DNA from: Candidatus Bathyarchaeota archaeon
GTDB lineage: Archaea; Thermoproteota; Bathyarchaeia; Bathyarchaeales; Bathycorpusculaceae
Assembly: GCA_963833575.1 (NCBI GenBank)
Contig: CAWHXY010000004.1
Location: forward strand, 960,001 to 1,024,000
Direction of reading: 5' to 3'
Length of the DNA stretch: 64,000 nt
This document shows, one piece after another, positions 58,041-64,000 of the stretch. The translations under genes were made by a program, and so were the position numbers. The notes under the pieces are model-generated. The model worked only from the letters and a program-made list of their open reading frames with translations. It did not search any database and was not told the DNA's origin. Within the stretch, counting starts at the first letter, position 1. Each line of letters starts with the position of its first letter.

Positions 58041-58262
58041 ATGGGCAAGCAGCAGAAATCCGCCATTCTTATCGATACCGCTAAATGTGCTCCATGTACT
58101 GGCCAAATTTGTATTGGTGTTTGTCCACAAGGTGCTCTGGAAGAGGGTAAAAATAGGAAACCTCAAGTCATCAATGTTGTTGAGTGTACTAGGTGTGGGG
58201 TATGCGTAAACCTATGCCCAACCAAAGCAATCAGTATTGATTCAATTAGCCCTAAAAAATAA
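58041..58262 (+). CDS. 2x[4Fe-4S] ferredoxin
   Basis: 'CAPCTGQICIGVCP' and 'CTRCGVCVNLCP'. Confidence 0.92.
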   Translation: MGKQQKSAILIDTAKCAPCTGQICIGVCPQGALEEGKNRKPQVINVVECTRCGVCVNLCPTKAISIDSISPKK

Positions 58263-58277
58263 CTCTGCATTGGTGGC

Positions 58278-59324
58278 TTGCTTTTGGAAGAGTTTAACCT
58301 TACCGGCAGCGTCAAACTTGTTGTAAAAGACAATGTGCTAGCCGTAATTTGCGATAACGCTTTAATGGCCTTAAGTTCAGCATTTTACAATGGCGGGACC
58401 AAACAGATTAAAGCTGTCCTCAATGTAGGCGTGCCGGAAGGGTATAATGACCGTTCCTTGCACCTTGACCCGCTCGCACTAATCACTTCATCAGCTGCAA
58501 AGCTTGGATTTACTAAAGACTATCTTGCAATGGTTACTGCCGCAAAAATGAGTAACTACAGCTTAGTAACAAAGAAAGCTGGTGATTTTTCAGTCAGCGT
58601 TGCTGCAACTGCTGGCTGCAAACACGGTGAATCATCTGGCGAAGAAATGAACGTTCAAGAAATCTCAGATGGCACAATAAACTTAATTGTTTTAATTGAC
58701 GCCAAGCCTACGGAAAGCTGCATGGTAGCCTCCATAATTACTGCAACTGAAGCTAAATCAGCTGCGCTAAGAGATTTAGACATTAGAAGTCTCTATACGG
58801 GTGACTCAGCAACTGGCTCAATAACTGACAGCGTAACTATAGCATCAACTAATCAAGGCAAAACAATTAGTTACGGTGGACCAGCATCAAAATTGGGCAA
58901 GTTGGTCGGGCACTGCACCAGACAAGCTGTGGCTGAAGCACTAGTTAAGCAGGAGCCTTTTTGGAAAAACCGAACCGTAATGGACAGGTTGAAAGAGAGA
59001 CATCTTCCAATTGAGAAGCTATCAATTGAAGTATCTAAAGTTAAAGGCTTAACTATTGACACTAAGGGTTTGGAGACTATTTTGAAAGACACGCCTGCTA
59101 CTTTGGCATTCTTATTCGCGGCGGCTAAAATGGATGATGATTACAAAAAAAACTTGTTGCCTGCTGAGTTTGGAGACCCCGAAATGGTAACTAAATACTT
59201 TGATAGTCTTGCCCATATAGCCCACAATTTCTCCAAATCGCCAGGGTATGATTTAGTTGATTTGCCACCGTTTGTGAAGCATGCATTAATCAGTATTGTG
59301 CGAGAAGCTTATTCGAAGAATTAA
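58278..59324 (+). CDS. cbiZ: Adenosylcobinamide amidohydrolase CbiZ with C-terminal extension
   Basis: 'LSSAFYNGG', 'MVTAA.M', 'VAATAG', 'GTINL', 'TATEAKS.AL', 'ATGSITDS', 'YGGP.SKLG'. Confidence 0.88.
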   Translation: MLLEEFNLTGSVKLVVKDNVLAVICDNALMALSSAFYNGGTKQIKAVLNVGVPEGYNDRSLHLDPLALITSSAAKLGFTKDYLAMVTAAKMSNYSLVTKKAGDFSVSVAATAGCKHGESSGEEMNVQEISDGTINLIVLIDAKPTESCMVASIITATEAKSAALRDLDIRSLYTGDSATGSITDSVTIASTNQGKTISYGGPASKLGKLVGHCTRQAVAEALVKQEPFWKNRTVMDRLKERHLPIEKLSIEVSKVKGLTIDTKGLETILKDTPATLAFLFAAAKMDDDYKKNLLPAEFGDPEMVTKYFDSLAHIAHNFSKSPGYDLVDLPPFVKHALISIVREAYSKN

Positions 59325-59590
59325 GAAAGCAGTTGCGATACAAAGTCTTGGCATTAGATGGTCTTTGTCTCTCTCTTGCCCCTCACATATACACGTTATG
59401 GCAAAATAGGTTCTGATAACTGGTTGCTAACAGTTTTCCCTAAAAAGCCATCAGCGTAGAATTGTTTTTCATTCGGTTAATTTCGAATCGTTGGTTTTCA
59501 AGACTTTGCTTACTGTATGAGAGTTCACCAAAAAGACTTAAATAACTTGCAAATTTATTCGCTTGTAAAAACAAGAGATAAAATGGTGTA

Positions 59591-60502
59591 TTGAACTTGA
59601 AATTCGGCGTATTTCTCTATAAACCCGAGCCTGTTGAAGGCGTCGACTACAACTTTTATCGGTTAAAGTCAGAATCAGGAATAGTTGGAAAACCCAACCC
59701 AGAAATGTATACTAACATCGCCTGCTTCGGCGACAATTTCATGGCAGCAAAACGCCCAGACTGGGTATCCGTAAGCTCATTTGGCCCTGCACTCCGTACT
59801 AACAAACGATATAACCTCCGCTGGGACGTCGTATGCATGACCAATCCAGAAGCCAGAGAATATAACCTAAAAATAATAGCTGAATCAGCCAAAGCCACCC
59901 CAGGCATCAGCATAAGCAGCCAACATTTTGCAGACCAAGGTTTTTGCACCTGCCCACGATGCATAGAGCAACAAAGTAAAAGCGGCTTAAGCTGGGTTGC
60001 ATGGCGCGCAAAAACAGTAACTGACTTCTTAGCAGAAGTTAAAGAAATCGTCTCAGGCAAACCACTCTTTGTCAACTGTCTCCCTGACCCCTTACTGGGC
60101 AAAGAACGCTTTGGCTATGACTTTGAAGCCATGGCACAATACGCTGACTATTTTGTGATCCCAATGTTCAGCAAAGCATACCCAACTCCATGGTACTGGG
60201 AAACCATTGCAAGAGGTTACAAGAGCTTTCTAAAGAAACCCGTTTACGTGAACTTCTATGTCCGCGGTCCAAACGAAACATGGGACACCGTAGCACCGAC
60301 AAAACAAGTCATGACTGTTGCCACACGCGTTGCAAGACAAGGCGTTGATGGCATAATCTTCCTAGCAGAAAAAGCTGACTATATCCGCGAATTCCAAAAG
60401 AACGCTGTCGCAGACAAAGAAACACGAGAGTTCCTCAAAAACCACAACGGCGATGAAGTCTTAGAACTCTTCAACCGCTGGGAAAAGATGCTAAAAGCAT
60501 AA
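59591..60502 (+). CDS. Putative TIM-barrel (glycoside-hydrolase-like) protein with C-Xn-CxCxxC motif, paralog 2
   Basis: 'VVCMTNP', 'HFADQGFCTCPRC', 'WRAKTV.DFL', 'RFGYD...AQYADY'. Confidence 0.7.
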   Translation: MNLKFGVFLYKPEPVEGVDYNFYRLKSESGIVGKPNPEMYTNIACFGDNFMAAKRPDWVSVSSFGPALRTNKRYNLRWDVVCMTNPEAREYNLKIIAESAKATPGISISSQHFADQGFCTCPRCIEQQSKSGLSWVAWRAKTVTDFLAEVKEIVSGKPLFVNCLPDPLLGKERFGYDFEAMAQYADYFVIPMFSKAYPTPWYWETIARGYKSFLKKPVYVNFYVRGPNETWDTVAPTKQVMTVATRVARQGVDGIIFLAEKADYIREFQKNAVADKETREFLKNHNGDEVLELFNRWEKMLKA

Positions 60503-60731
60503 CATTTCCCTCTTCAATTTGTTTTATTTTTTTCTTCAAGTCAGATCAAAAATAAATATTTTTTGTCAATAATATTTCCCGAGATTGCTATTAGAACGGG
60601 TTTCTGTATCTAGGCCAACTAATTTTTTAATCTTCCTTTAACTACTATTCCCGCCTTTCACCATCTTATTTAGAAAACTATATAATGCGTCTTAACGTCT
60701 AACCACTCACTACCAAAGGGCGAATATCACA

Positions 60732-62114
60732 GTGAAAATTACTCTTATCAATCCACCTTACCCGCCAAATGTGCATTCACACCCACCCTTTATCCCACTC
60801 GGCTTAGCTTACCTTGGAGCCGTAGCTCAAAAAGAGGGGCATGACGTAAACGTAATTGACTGCCAAGCAGAAAGATTAACAAATGATACTTTCAGAGGAA
60901 GAATCAGCGAAGTAAACCCCGACGTCATCGGAGTAACTGCAACAACCTTACTCTACAAATCAGCAATGCAGCTAATCAGTATAGCCAAAGAAGTACACCC
61001 GAAAGCCGTAACAATACTTGGCGGAAGCCACGGAACCTTCTGGGATGAAAATGCTCTTAAAGAGTATCCAAGCCTGGACATCGTGGTTCGAAGAGAAGGC
61101 GAAATCACTTTTATAGAAGTGCTAAACAAACTCCAAAACAGCAGTTTAGCAGATATTTTGGGTATAACCTTTCGCAAAAAAGATGGCACAATAGTGCGCA
61201 ACGAAGACCGCCCATTCATTGAAGACCTAGATGCATTGCCTTTCCCAGCACACGACCTTCTCCCACTTGAATCGCTAAAACGCATGGGCAAAATCCTTTT
61301 TCCACTAATCACCAGCCGCGGATGCGTTTATTGGTGTGATTTCTGCAGCACAGTACGCATGTTTGGTAGAGGATACCGCTGGAGAAGCTCCAAAAACGTC
61401 GTAGATGAAATGCAACTTGTTCATGATAAATATGGGATCGATCAAGTCACGTTTTATGATGATGCCTTCACAGTAAACCGTGATCGTGTACTGAAAATCT
61501 GCGAGGAACTTCACGCTCGAAAACTGAATATGACTTGGGATTGTGGAACACGAGTTGACATGGTTGACCGGGAACTGCTCGAAACCATGCATGATGCAGG
61601 ATGCATAGCGGTTTGGCTAGGAGTAGAATCAGGTTCTGAAGCGATGCTGGGCAAAATGAACAAAAAAATAAAGCTTGACCAAACACGTCTAGCCTACAAA
61701 ACAGCACAGGCCGTCGGATTAATGACGATTGCTAATGTAGTCCTTGGGTTCCCTGGCGAAACAGAACAAACGGCGAAAGAAACCATCCGCTTCGTCAAAG
61801 AACTAAATCCTGATGATGTCGGCTTCTACGTCGCAACACCATATCCTGGAACACCCATGTACGAACAAGTCAAAAACAATGGCTGGTTACGCATCACAGA
61901 CTTTGATAAATATGACACTGCAGGGCCGACCTTCGAAACCCCCCAGTTAAGCATGGAAAAACTTGCAGAAATCCGCTATAAAGCGTATCAACAATTCTAT
62001 CTTCGGCCGGGATACGTGTTTCATATGATGCGTAAAGGCGGAACATATGGCATATCAGCAGTAAAAACTTCAGGTGCTTATTTGCTCAGGGCTCTGCACG
62101 TGAAGCTCTCTTAA
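60732..62114 (+). CDS. Cobalamin-binding (class B) radical SAM protein
   Basis: 'PLGLAYLGA', 'LGGSH', 'TSRGCVYWCDFC', 'YDDAF', 'GVESGS', 'GFPGET', 'TPYPGT'. Confidence 0.95.
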   Translation: MKITLINPPYPPNVHSHPPFIPLGLAYLGAVAQKEGHDVNVIDCQAERLTNDTFRGRISEVNPDVIGVTATTLLYKSAMQLISIAKEVHPKAVTILGGSHGTFWDENALKEYPSLDIVVRREGEITFIEVLNKLQNSSLADILGITFRKKDGTIVRNEDRPFIEDLDALPFPAHDLLPLESLKRMGKILFPLITSRGCVYWCDFCSTVRMFGRGYRWRSSKNVVDEMQLVHDKYGIDQVTFYDDAFTVNRDRVLKICEELHARKLNMTWDCGTRVDMVDRELLETMHDAGCIAVWLGVESGSEAMLGKMNKKIKLDQTRLAYKTAQAVGLMTIANVVLGFPGETEQTAKETIRFVKELNPDDVGFYVATPYPGTPMYEQVKNNGWLRITDFDKYDTAGPTFETPQLSMEKLAEIRYKAYQQFYLRPGYVFHMMRKGGTYGISAVKTSGAYLLRALHVKLS

Positions 62115-62462
62115 CTTTCTTATTAGAGCAACTGCAGCGAAAACCAGCACCACAGCACTAAGCGAAACCGTAATTGAAGTAAAATTAATACCGATGGGCG
62201 AGAGCCCTAAGAATAAGCCTACAAGCCCATCTAAGCCGAAACTTAAAGCGACCGATAAAACTAATTGCTCGATGAATTCAAGCTTACTTTTGGCAATAAA
62301 CAAAATGTTAATTAGACAATACCCTGGCAAAAAAGAGACGAAAACAAAAGCAAAAAAGTAACGAAAAAAAACAAGCAATGAATCGCTTGGAATAAGATAA
62401 GTTACAAGTAACGTTAAAACTGTGAAAACAAAGATAATTTCAAACCATTTAAGCGGTTTCAG
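62070..62462 (-). CDS. DUF1616-like membrane protein (frame extends to CTG at 62462)
   Basis: 'FLPGY.L..ILF...LEFIEQLVLSVALS...LVGLFL..SPIGI'; upstream in-frame hydrophobic helix 'WFEIIFVFTVLTLLVTYLIP'. Confidence 0.75.
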   Translation of the reverse strand: MKPLKWFEIIFVFTVLTLLVTYLIPSDSLLVFFRYFFAFVFVSFLPGYCLINILFIAKSKLEFIEQLVLSVALSFGLDGLVGLFLGLSPIGINFTSITVSLSAVVLVFAAVALIRKLRELHVQSPEQIST

Positions 62463-62511
62463 CTTTTAACACTTCAAAAGACTAAAACAAGAAAAAATAA
62501 AGGAAGGAAGT

Positions 62512-63423
62512 TTACATGAAGGCCTTGTAGATTGGATGAGTTTCGTCTACTGGTCTTGTTCCAAGGTCGCCTGCGGCTGAAGCAATGTATGTGTCTGTTA
62601 CTGCGACTGCTGGGAATACCCATTCTGCCTGTTCTGCTGGTCCGATCATTAGCCAGTTTGCGCCTGCTACTTGCATGATTGCGTTTGTTGCAGTTCTGCA
62701 TCCGGGGCGGAATTCTTTGGCGAAGTTTGCTTTGACCCAACCCATGGTTGTGACAACGTTTCCGCTGCCTAAGCCTACTGGGTGACCATACTTCTCTTTC
62801 ATGATGGGTATGGTTCTTACTGCAGTGCCCATGTCTGGAGCAAATGCGGGGATTGCTGTGTCAATCAGAGGTTTTGTGATTCCGGCTTTGTCAGCCAGAG
62901 CTAATGCTTCTTGAATGACTTTCATTTTGCCTTCAAGAGTTGTGTCTTTTGGATCGTCGGCAAGTACTATGGACATTTTGATTCCGCTTTCTTTGAGTTT
63001 TGCCAATTCTACATCGGTGACGCCTTTGTAAACAGAATTGTAGAGGCATCTGTCTGAAAGACCCATCTTCTTTGCCATATCAGCTGCTGCCATACGTGTC
63101 TTTGGGCTCATTGCATCGAGCATTAGTGGAGCATCGCTGTGTTTTGAAACGAAGTCAATGTATTTCTCAAATGCTAATTCAGTTGTTCCGACAATATCAA
63201 AAGCAAATTGTACGCCTGTAATGTCACTTTGAGTTTGCATTGTGTTGATTATTTTTTCTGCTTCGGCTGCATCAAAAATTCCTTTGTTTGCATCTTTAAC
63301 CATTTTCTGGCCTAGCCAAAAGATGGAGCCAATCAGAAAAGTAGGTAGTTCTCCTGGTTGACCGCCGACTTTTGCTCTTCCAATAGTGTATACATTCTGT
63401 TTTGTATTGAATTTAAAGGACAT
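62512..63423 (-). CDS. mtrH: MtrH-like pterin:corrinoid methyltransferase
   Basis: 'VGGQPGELPT.LIGSIF', 'YNS', 'PLIDTA', 'K..YG.PVG.G..N', 'GA....IGP'. Confidence 0.88.
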   Translation of the reverse strand: MSFKFNTKQNVYTIGRAKVGGQPGELPTFLIGSIFWLGQKMVKDANKGIFDAAEAEKIINTMQTQSDITGVQFAFDIVGTTELAFEKYIDFVSKHSDAPLMLDAMSPKTRMAAADMAKKMGLSDRCLYNSVYKGVTDVELAKLKESGIKMSIVLADDPKDTTLEGKMKVIQEALALADKAGITKPLIDTAIPAFAPDMGTAVRTIPIMKEKYGHPVGLGSGNVVTTMGWVKANFAKEFRPGCRTATNAIMQVAGANWLMIGPAEQAEWVFPAVAVTDTYIASAAGDLGTRPVDETHPIYKAFM

Positions 63424-63442
63424 TTTTCCACGTCTGATGGAT

Positions 63443-63871
63443 TTATTTCTTGCCCATTGCTTTCTTCGCTAATTCTGGGGCCTCTTCCTTATTTTTACCA
63501 AAGAGTGCACCAAGTGCGTCAGCATCTTCTTTTTTGACTGCAGCGCCACCCATGATTATTGCGACTTTGTCTTTTAATCCAGCTGCTTTCAATAATTCGT
63601 CAAGTTTTGCAAGATTGTTTTTTGCAGGTACTGTGTTTACCGAAATTGCAATAATGTTTGCATTGTTTTCTTTTGCTTTGTCAACAAAGACTTGTGGAGC
63701 TACGCTTTTGCCAACGTCAATTGTCTTGAATCCTGCGCGTTTTAGCGATCTTCTGACTGCTTCTTTTGCAGTGTCATGCATGTCTGGTTCAATGTTTCCT
63801 ATTACGATAACGCCTAATGGATTCTCTGGTTCTGGAGGCTCTTTTTCCATCATAGATTTAAGCCATGACAT
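63443..63871 (-). CDS. Stand-alone corrinoid (B12-binding) protein without cap domain
   Basis: 'EPDMHDTAK' (DxHxxG variant), 'GFKTIDVG', 'IAIS', 'MGGAAV', 'ADALGA'. Confidence 0.88.
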   Translation of the reverse strand: MSWLKSMMEKEPPEPENPLGVIVIGNIEPDMHDTAKEAVRRSLKRAGFKTIDVGKSVAPQVFVDKAKENNANIIAISVNTVPAKNNLAKLDELLKAAGLKDKVAIIMGGAAVKKEDADALGALFGKNKEEAPELAKKAMGKK

Positions 63872-64000
63872 TTAAACACCTTTTTCCTTTTTAGTTACTC
63901 TGGGCTTTTTATACTCGAATTTCATATTTAAAGTTTGACTAATAATTTCAGCAATCGTAAATGTAAATAGAGAAGGGAGGGGTGCAAATGTTTAAAGCAA

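Noticed and set aside
59325-59590. Cobalamin riboswitch in the corrinoid cluster
   Set aside because: No B12-box or GGGAA/GCCACTG-type conserved elements found on either strand.

Overview
Archaeal chromosomal window. Gene content (thermosome, aIF5B, Alba, SMC-ScpAB, S8e/S2, SRP19, modified mevalonate pathway, MtrH-type methyltransferase with a corrinoid protein) suggests class Bathyarchaeia; this is an inference. From left to right: tRNA-modification genes; a pilin/roadblock module; tRNA-Thr(CGT); housekeeping genes with three decayed gene relics (PadR, CBS, tyrosine integrase); smc-scpA-scpB; the eno-rps2-MEMO1-mvk-...-gltX superoperon carrying the archaeal anhydromevalonate pathway; a fluoride riboswitch with fluC; a polyphosphate island (ppk2, ppx, CHAD-metallophosphoesterase-HD fusion, ppk1, CYTH); a bacterial-type metK; and a corrinoid-related cluster (cbiZ, two paralogous Cys-rich TIM barrels, ferredoxin, B12 radical SAM, mtrH-like, corrinoid protein). 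The most striking unexplained structure is a five-copy intergenic element between 48.8 and 55.1 kb. Each copy has about six tandem 10-bp repeats whose unit sequence differs between copies, joined at nearly fixed spacing to a conserved CAACCWGYAA core and a ~65-bp A-tract tail. One copy lies directly upstream of a double-AbrB-like gene and another upstream of what looks like a relic of such a gene. All product calls come from motif recognition by eye; no database searches were run.
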